DNA from: Antedon mediterranea
Lineage: Eukaryota > Animalia > Echinodermata
Direction of reading: 5' to 3'
NCBI RefSeq assembly: GCF_964355755.1
Contig: NC_092677.1
Coordinates: forward strand, 13,600,101 to 13,664,100
Length of the DNA: 64,000 nt
Shown here: positions 49,805 through 61,640 of the stretch, one piece after another
Layout: each line of letters opens with the position of its first letter
Position numbering within the stretch: the stretch's first letter is position 1
Notes under the pieces: model-generated
What the model was told of the DNA's origin: nothing
What the model saw: the letters and a program-made list of their open reading frames with translations, nothing else
The model's database searches: none
Translations under genes and position numbers: made by a program

Positions 49805-51560
49805 CCTGTTTATAATATAGAAAAAGGTAAACATTACAGAATAATATAGATAAAACATATATCCACATTTAAGCTATTGAAATTACATGGTTTCGTTTCA
49901 TTTGCATATTCTGTAATTTAATTTAAACTGATTTTTGTTGTTGTTGATTTGGTAACATTTATTTAAACCAACAGAACATAAATAACAACATTTGGAATAC
50001 AATATGTGAAATAAATTTGAAGATGATATACAGTAAAGGATATAATAATATTTAATAATAATAATAATAATACATGAGGATAAGATTAATTATATTCTAT
50101 TGGTTTGGATCATAAATACAAGTTCAACAAACTTTTCTGGAAATGGTTCGATTTAAGGAGAGGCAGTTCCGAGTTACAGTACTTGGTATTTTAACAGATT
50201 TAAACTAAATTGATTTCAAATGCACTGCAGCTTGTATTCGGTGATGTTCAGAAAGCACTTTTGCTCATGTCTCTATAGACAGGCAGAAAAACAGAAATAC
50301 TATTTATACCTGTTTAGTGTACTTAATTGACAGAGAGCTACACACACTGTTGTTACGCTTTTTTATTCATCAGTTGAAACGTGAATTCTATATATATCAT
50401 TGAATATATACATGGCATTGTAACATAAATCTCTTTATTCACCTCATAAACAAACAAAAACAAGCAAGGAGTAAAAACATTTTTTTTTAACGATGAAAGG
50501 GATCTCTAAGAAGCCCCAAGGGGCTTGTGATAGGAGGCCCACTAAAAACTAGTTACATTAATTAAGATACAGTAAAAAGAATAAATAAACAAATAGACCA
50601 TTAATTATAACAGGGGACGCGCATTGTTAGGGAATACCATTGCCAGGACAACCAAATACCTGATTTGTGTATGTGTTGCTCAGAGACAAACACATACACA
50701 AATAAAAAAAAACATGTGTCAACAAAAACAAGTTTTGTGCATTCACTGACCCAATACCAGCAGAGTACAAGTCGTTACAGAGCCTATTTGATTGGCCAGT
50801 AATGTCTACCAACATAACCTTGTATCTTAACAACAGGGCTAACAATTTGTATTTGTTAACCAAGATTTTTCAATGCGAAATAACGATAATGCAGTACCCC
50901 AATTCCTGGAAAATGCAGAGTAACATTAATACTGGCATATAGTATAGTATAATATTCAACTAGCTAACAGAAAAAAATCAAAACTAGTAATACAGTCAAT
51001 GAAACAATAAGTATAACAGTGTCTGTACACGTACAATTATTTATTGTTATAAAATTTGCACAATTCTTACTTACGAAAAAAAAATTAACAAAAGCAATTA
51101 GTGTAAAAATAAAACACATTCACTATAAAGCATATTACAAATTGATATTACCTATGTTGTTGCTGAGGATGAAAATAATGATGATGATGATATTATGCAA
51201 TAAATTTGAATAAAATGTTGTATTTGTGTTAGAATTCCGTGTTGCACACAAGAGTTAGTTTATCACTGCTACAGGTCTAATGTTAATATTACGAATAAAT
51301 ATCAATAAAAAATGAATTTCATAAAGTTTATCTTTTAATGATTAATACTTCTGATGGAGAATCAACATTTATCTGGTAAACTTGATTGATTATTGATACT
51401 ATTCAGTATTTTTAATTAATCATCAAATAGAAAATGTTACCAAATACAAAATAATTAAAAAATTAACTTTTTCACTACTGCTATTTATTGATGATTAATA
51501 TTCCACACATAGATATGCTGTGTATTAAGTGATAATAACTCAGTGATGCAACTGTCTGTC

Positions 51561-51699
51561 TTAAGCTCTGTCTACACTATCAAACTTTATGGACAAAAAA
51601 TGTGATGTGCCCATATATGGACATGGTAATATCACTACCATATTTGGGCACATCACACCTTTTTTGTCAAACAAGTCTGATAGTGTAGACAGAGCTTAA
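51561..51699. mobile_element. MITE (same family as 12343-12483)
   Basis: TTAAGCTCTGTCTACACTATCA ... TGATAGTGTAGACAGAGCTTAA. Confidence 0.8.
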
Positions 51700-53763
51700 T
51701 GTATTGAAGTGGAATTGACTGTTCTTGTTGATGGTGTAGTTCAGAAGAGTCCTCCTATAGGTCGTATGTTAAAGATGTACAAGATGATGAGTATTGAGAC
51801 AATATTAACACTAAAAAAAAATGTTTGTTGTCATACTAATATAAGAAATTATCCTATAATGATAGTGGTTAACATGACAAATAATTTGATTATAGTCAAA
51901 CCAATGCTGCTAAATTATTAAGCTATTTACATATATAAAGCAATGTTACTTTTTTTTTAAACAGTGTTATCATCACTTCTGATAAAAAAAATTTTGAGTA
52001 ACTGTAATAAATTTAATGCTTTTTTTTTCCAACACTGTCTACCCCTTTCCCGCCCATCAATGTTCACCCCTCAAACATATTTTTCGTCACACTACGTTAT
52101 TCCAATCTCCCCACTATATCTTCTTTACAAAAAAATGGATCTTGTTATCGCTATTATTGGTCAACATACAACGTCTGCGAATTTCAGGAATTTTTACAAG
52201 GTGAAAAGCGGTCTTTGAATAAGAAACAAAGAGAAACAGGAGTGCCATCGTTAAGTTGCACTTAAAACACCTGAAATAAATAAAATAAATAAACTAAAAA
52301 ACTAATAAATAAATACAGAAATAAAAAACATAACATAAATAATAAATATCCCCATACCAAGTGTGGAAAAACATGTTATACAAGTCTTTAAACAATAGTG
52401 TAGTGTATGTTAAATTGGTATTTTGATATCCTTTAGGTGTTGTATTTTAGCAATTAATACCATATTAAGTCCATAGAGCAAAACCTCAGACATAGAGGAG
52501 GATGAGCTCTGTTTCACCCCTTAAAAAATGGCATTTTGTGGCATCCTGATTTTATCAGGAAAGACTGTCTATATTTGATTGATTCAGTCAGGACACCAAC
52601 ACCCAGAACAATCGCATGGTGTCTGAAATCAAGCCTAAAATAAAAATATTGGTACAGTATCATATTCCATATTGGAATCACACTCGTGCCAAAAAGTATG
52701 CATCTAGACTACTGTATAAAACAAACACAGTTTTCAGTAACTAATTTATAAATTTATCAGAGCAGCCTTACTGTATGACATCAGTAAGATGGCTATAATA
52801 TTCTTCATTGGCTTTGTAAGTGTCGCATAGTGTAATTCATTGGCACTCTATTATTTACAGTATAGACACTTATCTATTGCGGGAAAATTGGTAAAAGATG
52901 ATTTAACCACCTTTCACTTTTTAAAAAATATATATTATTTTCTTATTCTATGTTGTACAGTATTTAACTGGTGAATGCTATTCAAATAGTATACTCTACA
53001 CTTAAAATAATAATTTATCCATTAAGCACCATTTTACATTCTTTTTGTGAAATACTTTATTTCATTGTATGAGCAATTTCTGAATGTTATTTAATTGTTT
53101 TGACAAATCTGATATCATTTTTAAATCCTTGATGATCAATAAATGTAACTTAACATTGTTACCAATTGGCCTTATGGTCATGTTTATACTGTGTGCAATA
53201 CTGTATTGGTTACTAACTGTAGTTATAAAACTAGATGTAAATAAGTTATTATTTTATTTGGCACTACATTATGAAGGTGATAACTCCAATAATCAGGTGT
53301 TTGGTTTCTAGTAAAAGCCTAGCACCTAATAATTGAAAAAAAGATGTTCATATTTACTTCAAGAAACGGTCCGTAGTGTGCAAATAACATGTAGAAATCT
53401 ATTTATTTTATATAGCTCTGCTTATGAATTGAGCTTTTCATCAAGTCAAATGTGCAGTATATATATATATATATTATATTTAATTTCTTTCCAATTAATT
53501 AAGATAAGATAAATCTTTATTGTCATGAACACAACAAGGCAAACATGAAATTTGTTAATTACATAATCAATCATTATTGCTCCAATGTTAAGCAACATAC
53601 AGTATAATGTTATGGGTTATCCTCATGATACTTCATTAAAACCATTTTCTTACAATTATGTCAGAGTACGGTATTATAACATTTTCAAAATAAACTAAAC
53701 ATTGATGTTTAAAATTGTAAATTGTGAAAAAAAACCAGAAACATACACACCTTATTAGTCTGT

Positions 53764-56700
53764 TTATGTTGGTATTGGCTTCTCCATAAAGATTTGAATA
53801 TCATGGGTTTTGTGGGCATGCTTAATTAATTGCCAGGCTGTTTGAACCTTGACCTTGCAGATACTGCACTGCCATTCAGGTGGTTCTGCATGAGGAAGAA
53901 AACATGAATTGGTCTCCAAAATAAAAAAAATAATTTATAGAAATATATTGATTATTGATATTTTAGCCAAATTCTACTATGCAAATTGTTGAATTCACAA
54001 AAAGCAAAAATGTCCTTACAGTTGTGAATCGGTAAGTTGGAAAAATTGGTAAGGTAAGTAAACTAAAGCTCAGACTACACTATCAAACTTTACTATCAAA
54101 ATGTGATGGACACAATGACATCATATCACTACTATATTTAGGCACATCCTTTTGTAAAACTATTTTGTAAAACTATTTTGATAGTGGAACAGAAAACAGA
54201 GCTAACATTTTCCATGAAATTGACACATTCACAGATTTTGTTTAACAAGTAGACAGAAATAGTCCGCATACGATTACTTAGGTTTGTGTTTCCGCCAAAA
54301 ATTCCACGTACAGTATTTCAGCAAGCCTCATTATAATCTAAATTTTTTACTTCTTATTTACAAAATATGTTTGACACAAATGGGGTCATTTGCTAAGACG
54401 ATTTTGTTTTGCATTTACAACGGTGCATAGTAGAAAAAGCATTTTGTGTTAAAAGATATTTTTTGAAAATGTGGAAAATTGTATAAAAAATACTGCAGTT
54501 TGTAACAACATCTATTCTCCAAACAGATGGACAACAGACATTCTTTCAAATACAAATAAAAGTCTTCATTAAATTTACATTATATTAGTTATAAAAAAAA
54601 TCTCTTAGAAAAAGACCTAAATAAGCGGTAATAAATTATGAAAAAAATGAAAAAAAAAAAAGATAAAAAAATGACTACCTCCTGAAAATCAAAGACATTA
54701 AAATACATACCGTCTGCTTCTTTTTTGTCTTCGATTACAATATTTGTGGAATCATTAAACCTTTTCATCCTCTTTCTTGTTGGCTGATTGCCATTTGCCC
54801 CACTACAGGGTTGTACTGGGAGTTGATGTGGGTCCACATACCCACTATATAAAAAATCAGTGCCGAAAAAAAAAATATAGGAAGATGGTTAAGACATTTG
54901 TTCAACCGTACATACAGTACTGTAGCTGCACCTGCGCAAATAGAAACCTGGCGTGGAAAACGTATTGTACTTGGTATCAGCCCCTGGCATGGCTCAAGGT
55001 GGTATATTAACACCTGGCAACATGGCAAAGTATGTTGTATGGTATGACAGAGGTGCTCAATGTGGGACAGTATTACAACATCTGATATGACAAAGGTGTT
55101 GTACAACAACACCTGTCATGGCAAAGTGTGTTAGTTGGTAACACAACACTTGGTATGACAAAGGTGCTCAATGTGGGACAGTATTACAACACCTGATATG
55201 ACAAAGGTGTTGTACAACACCTGGCATGGCAAATTGTGTTAGTTGGCAACAACACTTGGCATGACAAAATGCTTAATGTGGGACTGTTTGCAACACCACG
55301 GCAAAGGTAGTCAATGTGGCACAATATTACAACACCTGATATGACAAAGGTGCTAAATGTGGAACAGCATTAAAGCACCTGTGTTGTACAACACCTGAAA
55401 TGGTAAAGTGTGTTAGTTGGTAACAACACCTGACATGACAACGTTGTTTAATGTGGCATAGTACAGTATTACAACCGACAATGTTCATGAAAAAATGTTG
55501 ACATACTGTAAAAAAGTCACCTAGAAAAAGTATAATAAAAGATCTAATTGATAAATGAAGATGGATATGATTTTTAACCAACATTTCACTGCTATAGTGA
55601 TGAATACATGGTCATAGATGTCAATTTATATTGTCCGCCATTTTAAGATGTTCAGTCCTAAAATTTTATTTTTTTTAAAGTTTAACTTGTTTTTTTCCAC
55701 GATTTCAACTGGCTGATTATATCGAAGAGGAACAACTTATTTTGCGACTTTATTAATGTGAATCAAATAGGAACTGAAAAATATATAGCAGTCAATTTTT
55801 CAGGTAGAAAGTCTTAAATTACCTAAATGATTCTCCCTGAATCTTTCTAAATCCTTTTGGTCGATTCTTGTCTGGATCACTTGCTATTCGAAGATCTAGT
55901 GAGATAAATAGCAATAATTTAAATAGGGCACAACAAACATGTTTGGCATGTATACATTTGTACAGTATCAAAGATATTTATTGGCACAACGCAGAGGCCT
56001 GGTGTAGGGACACTAAAAGTGATGGCTTTTTATTCCTCCTGGGCCCTGTTCAGGGGCCCCTTAATCCCTAATACGCCACTGAAGACATTACAGGATAGAC
56101 TAAATAGGAATTACACTAACAGTTTTCTGCACGCCAGTTCATTTGGCTGAATGGTACTGTATAGACTTGTTGAACTGGAACTATCGGTTTATCACATTTA
56201 GAGGGTTAGGTTAAATTGGGAAATATTGTGTATCTTGCAGGCAATCTCTCTGAGAAAGTCTTTGGGGAAAAAATCAGCCTGGTAGTTAGCTTTGAAGAAG
56301 CTGTTTGTAAAAAAAAGAAGACTGTAATTTTACAATCATTAAATTAAACCCGCATCGTCTGTAGTGTAAGAATCTTATTTCAAATTCTTATAAGATAATA
56401 CTTAATGTTAAAAGAACATTACAAAATAATGCTTACTCAATTGTTTAAGTGCCATAACCCTGCCTTGTTAAAGGGACATTACACAATAATGCTTACCTAA
56501 TGGTTGAGATGCCATAACCCTGCCTTGTTCTTCATTCACAGCCTTTATAGCACTATTTTCATTGTTGTACTGAACAAATCCAAAACCATTGTGTAGGGAA
56601 ATGCCTAAAATCTGTCCATATTTACCAAAGGCATGTTGAATATCAGGCCTCTTAACAACTCCAGTGTTCAGATTTCCAAGAAAAACTCTCGACGCCTTTG

Positions 56701-56935
56701 ATTTGGGATCATTACTGTTGGTTATGTTGTTTCCTCCAAATTGACCACCTATGCCACCTATGCCGCCAATACCACCCGCTGCTCCACCTCCCCCTCCCAT
56801 CATTCCTGCACCCCCATAATTGTGCATTGGTCCTGGACCATGCCCCATGCCGTAGCCTCCATTGTATCCACCCATGTTACCATAATGGCCGCCGTGATGG
56901 GCACCATGGCCACCACTGTATCCTCCACGATTCAT
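53764..56935 (-). CDS. hnRNP C/RALY-like RRM protein with Gly/His/Tyr-rich N-terminus and C-terminal C2H2 zinc finger, paralog A (255 aa)
   Basis: Exons (-): 56497-56935 (MNRGGYSGGHG..NITNSNDPKSKASRVFLGNLNTGVVKR..ISLHNGFGFVQY..VMASQPL), 55823-55895 (DLRIASDPDKNRPKGFRK), 54711-54844 (GYVDPHQLP..TRKRMKR), 53764-53885 (EPPEWQCSICKVKVQTAWQLIKHAHKTHDIQIFMEKPIPT*). Total 768 nt, in phase. The RRM closely resembles hnRNP C ([20 protein letters not shown]). An acceptor 4 nt before the ATG implies an upstream non-coding exon. Confidence 0.9.
55010..55480. repeat. Degenerate tandem repeat (~110 bp, ~4 copies) in an intron of paralog A
   Basis: Recurring CATGGCAAAGTGTGTTAGTTGG..ATGACAAAGGTGCTCAATGTGGGACAGTATTACAACACCTGATATGACAAAGGTG. 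Confidence 0.8.
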
Positions 56936-57749
56936 GGTTCTGAAAACAATATAGAATTGCCTGTCCATATTAATCATTCATAAATTTGATTAGACAATTT
57001 TGGGTCACATGATATTTTTTTTTTTCTCTTTCATGGGGCCAACCCACTTTTATTTCATTCTTCATATTACACATTGTAGTTATATATAGAAATTGTATAA
57101 AATGTCATTAAAAAAAAATGTTAAATATATATATATATATAATAAAAATTAAAATAATAATGAAACAATTAAAAATTAATACATGTAATTTTAAGAAATA
57201 CAAGTTAATAATTTTCTTTTTACGTTACCCCATTTCTTTTTTGCCTTGTTTATGTTACAAGCATATTGATTCTGTATAAGATTTTTTAGCTCAAATCGGA
57301 ACAAGTTCCAGACGACTTTTGATTTAATTTTTGAATGCTTTTCTAATGATTTAATAAAATTTGTTTTATAAATACAAAAAGTAAACAATGATAATAATTC
57401 ATTGACATTTTCACTTTTTGTGCATGATTGATATTAAATATTATTTATATTTAACTCATGTCATGCAGTTTTTTTTCGTCTAGGGTTTGTCATAAAACAA
57501 GTTCTTTTACCTCAAATTCCGATCCCTGAAACAGCTATTAATTCTACCATTGAACTAATTGTAAATGAATGCATGTTTTTTCCATTCATTATTTGTATAT
57601 TTATAAATTAATTCACCACTTTTTATCATCAAAGCCATTGTAGGATAGAATAAAGCTAAAAATGAGGCGTCATTTTGATGGAGTAGTGCACCCTCAATAT
57701 GCTGGAAAGGAGCATCCTTTTCCATAATGAGTGTATAGAACAATGATAT

Positions 57750-58320
57750 TTTATATAGCCGAAGGCTAGATGTGTAACAACAATGTTATCGAAGTGATTC
57801 TCCATGGAGAGGAAACCAACAAGATGGCGGCTGTAATCGACCAATCAGATACATATGCCCTGCGCAGTATGCACTGCTATACGCATGTGTTGAGCCTATC
57901 TGCATGAGAAAGATATGCAACGCACCGTATTAAGCCTATAAACAAGACGTCATATGGCTGCATCCGGTTTAAAATTAAAAAATCCGGCTCTATAGCTTTG
58001 AGGACATGTCCCTGTAGTATATTCATGCCAAATCCCAGCTCAATACTACAAATAAATAAGGGAAAATGAAAATGTCGGATGGAAGAGAAGATGAGAGAGT
58101 CCTAGACTCAGGTACCCCGAGTAAAAACTTCACTGTGCTTTGATAAGAATTGTTTTGTAATTTATGTGGTCCTAATGAATTATAATACTTAATAGATATC
58201 ATTTTTTATAATAAATAATGTTTTTGAAAAAATTTACAGTCGCCATCTTGTTGGTTCCCCCTCCTGTTGGAATCACTTTTCAGTCTGGAGTACGCCCACA
58301 AGCCTTTGGCTTATTACATC
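57750..58320. mobile_element. Inverted-repeat (fold-back/MITE-like) element
   Basis: AAGTGATTC..GGAAACCAACAAGATGGCGGCTGTAA (~57792-57836) pairs with TTACAGTCGCCATCTTGTTGGTTCC..GAATCACTT (~58234-58278). Confidence 0.55.
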
Positions 58321-59054
58321 TCGCTGGTATAGAATAATATGCAACCACCACTTTTTGGCCCGAAGATGTTTCAGCTCAGTATAGAGATTTACCAATCGTG
58401 ACCCTTCAACACCTGCCCTAAAATACCATCACCAACTCCAGAAATGTCTCATGTCAGATGTGAAAGACTAAATATGAGTGGTTTTTGGCATGGTCCTGTG
58501 TTTTTTCTCCCAATCTTTAGACTAATCTTTTAAAGGAAATTCAATCTATTATCTAAAATTAGTTTGCAATACCGTGTTTGAGCTCTAGGTCTACTTTGTA
58601 CTATGCATACTTCGTTAATTTATAGTTTTTTTTAAATATATTTGTCATTATTCACATTAATATATACTAAAATTAAATAAATTCTACCTGGAGGCCAAAT
58701 TAAATTTACTGAATGGTGACCACCATCCATTCATACTTTTTATGTATGTTGTGTGGAGAAATGTTATATTTAAATTTTGAATGTATTTTGAGAGTACTAA
58801 AGATGTATTGCATGTATGTTGAATCACTCTTTTAACAATAAATAATCATTTCAATTTCTGTAGCACAATTCCAACCATCATCGTTCATAGCGATGGACAT
58901 ACTGCACAGTAGATGTTACCTGTACACAGTTCAGATACTGTATGCTTCAAAAGAGTGCGGCTAATTCGAGTGGTCTCTTGTCTGAAAAAGATTGTGGCTG
59001 TGTAAACTAGAAAAGTACTACTAATTTTATGTGCATAGGATTTATAGTCCTTAA

Positions 59055-61182
59055 AGGCCAGGTACGGGCAAAAAATTTCTATTGATCATACATTCCAATA
59101 ATTATCGATCTATAGTTTTCCCTATGTTTCATAATTTTTGGGATTTTATTTGTGTTACACGAGCTTGTTGAAAATAAGCACTTTCATATCAGTTCAAATT
59201 ACACAGTAAAATCTTTATTCTTTTGTACACAAATTTTGTAAATAGAGAGGCATTTTAAAAAGCTATGAAAAAATAAATGGTGTGGTAAAAAATGTTATCA
59301 GATGACTAAATATAGGTAATATAACTTGAATATTACATTTCTGATATTTTTATTCAACTTCAGATTTTTATTTTCATGCTATAGCAAAAATTATCCACTG
59401 TATATCCACCATCTTTTTTCACTGTCTAGGGAGTCACCAGACATGTTATTACATTAGGTTAACTACCTAACTACTGAAAAAAAGTCTTCCTGGTTTTTAT
59501 GGAAGAATTTTGCCAAATTTGTATTTGACCATGTATTAAAGGGGGGTTCCGGGTTTAAAATGAATAGTAAAAAATGTAAAATATATTTGTTTGTCTCTTG
59601 AACGGTAAAAGTTTCAATTTATATAAGCGCCCAGTGAAGCAGAACGAAGGCTGTGAAATAAGGCCAGATTACAAGTGCAGCTACGGCGATATGACACTGT
59701 GTTACCAGAGAATAGGAAATTCGTGAAATGGTCAATCTTCCGACGACCCGTTATCATTAACCATATCAATTACTTTTGTAAAATTATACTTATCTGATGT
59801 AATTTTAGTCGGTCTTTCCATTTATAAAGTCAATGTTCTATGAAAATTCATCAAAACAGTGAAAAATTAGATATGTTTGCACTTTACGTTTGCCGATTTT
59901 CGCACTGACTTAGGGAAAGCCTTCAAAATCAATGAAGCGTAACGTATACATTCCTGCTGAGCGAGGAGAGAGCGAGACGACGATCGATACACGTGCTCTA
60001 TCCTATACCTGCCCACGCCTGGCAGCGTCACGTGATAAGCAGATACAGTATACAATACCAAACTGGTCGGGTCGAGTATACCCCGTCTATAATTACAACA
60101 TGAACGATGTACAGTATTTGATTGAAGGTCGACTCGACCTACCGAAATGGTATAGATAATATAGCTCGAATGAGAGAGTTGGAATATTTGTAAACATAAG
60201 TATTGCTAATTTTAAGAAGTGTAGCCTAGTAAAAGGCCTGGTAGTATCAATTCGCATAGGGTCTACTACACTAGCTAGCTCAATTTTTAACTGGGCCGGA
60301 TCGGCTAGGTCTCCTTCCTACTACCTGGTCTACTTGCTTGATGCAGTAGTATCCGCTTTTTTGGAGAGTAAACTAGGCCTATTTTAGGCCTACTTAGACG
60401 ATCGGGAAACCATACGTGCGGACGGCGAACGGCGATATTTACAGCCGATTTTGTAGAATGTTTTAGGTTTAGATTGTTTAGGAGTTTGGTTGATAGGATG
60501 GGTTTGGAATCCACTGAGTTTTGTTATTTATGGGCCAATCGTTTAGTAGTAGGCTAGCTAGGCCCATGATGGGCCCCAATGTTTTAGCGTTGTAATCCCT
60601 AGTCAGAATGGCTCTCACCCATGAAAAAAAATGATTTACTGTAGGCTAGGCCTAGCCTAGTACGTGAAGCCGATAATATGATCTGTACTATTCGAGGTAT
60701 AAAAATAGTATATAATTTATGACTCCGTAATCTGTACTAAATTTCATTAAATGTCAAATAAATATATGCTACTGTTATTATTACACTTTAGGCATAGCTT
60801 AGAAAATCTACAAAAAATGTATTTCACAATGATCGGGTGGTCGCGAGTTTGGAATCCACGGATGACGTGATTTTGTGAATATCTCATGAATATTAATGAG
60901 CTTCCCTAAGCTGCTGAAAAACAGACTTTCCATGAATTTACCCTAAAATGTATATGAAATTTTATTTTTTTAATTTCTCGTTATTATTTCTTCATTCTGA
61001 CATGTCTATATTGTTATAATATTTTTTATTTAATAAATAAACGATATTTAAAAGCAATTTTAAACCCAGAATCCCCCTTTAAGGGAAATTCATGTTTTTT
61101 CGTCTCGATTTCTGTTACAAATATTTGATTTATGTACAATTAACCAAATATTATATTTAAAATTCATGCCTGTACCTGAGCT
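59055..61182. mobile_element. Outer TTAA-flanked Kolobok-like non-autonomous element
   Basis: TTAA|AGGCCAGGTACGGGCAAAAAATTT ... AAATTCATGCCTGTACCTGAGCT|TTAA, imperfect TIRs. Confidence 0.65.
59540..61078. mobile_element. Inner TTAA-flanked Kolobok-like element (~1.54 kb) nested in the previous one
   Basis: TTAA|AGGGGGGTTCCGGGTTTAAAAT ... ATTTTAAACCCAGAATCCCCCT|TTAA: 22-bp TIRs with 2 mismatches. CpG-rich interior with no long ORF. Confidence 0.8.
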
Positions 61183-61463
61183 TTAAACTTATCTGAGAAG
61201 ACTTGTTCTGCCACAAGAAACATGGAGCAAGCAAACTTTGAAGATGGATTACTGTTATAAGGTTTTGGAAGAGTTCACTACAGTACTCCATCATGGACTC
61301 TGTGTAGACTGTCAAATGAGCCAAGTTTGGTGGCAGCAAGAAATAAATGGACCCCGTTGTTACAACCGCTAATATAGAAAACGCCAGCTAATGTTGAACT
61401 CTAGTCTTAAGGATCTGCTTCTCATAATCGACCACCTCTATTGAATGACCAGCGTCTCTGTTA

Positions 61464-61640
61464 AAGCGTGGTTCTCACTAGCGACGCAACACAAGGACAT
61501 AACGCAAGTGAATTGACCAACACAAGCGATGGCTTATTCGCTTGTGATTGCTAACCGTCTATAACTTCGCTTGTCATTGGTTAAAACGCTTGCGTTGCGT
61601 TTACGTCCTTGCGTTACGTTCTAGTGGGAACCAAGCTTAA
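61464..61640. mobile_element. MITE with TIR AGC(T/G)TGGTT(C)CCACTAG
   Basis: AAGCGTGGTTCTCACTAG ... CTAGTGGGAACCAAGCTT with internal ACGCAA/TTGCGT repeats. Relatives at ~11795-11915, ~46380-46532, ~43515-43590 and ~31240-31345. Confidence 0.75.

Noticed and set aside
46692-56935. A single two-RRM protein
   Set aside because: Each RRM exon is followed by its own set of downstream exons ending in a stop codon (53764 and 45551).
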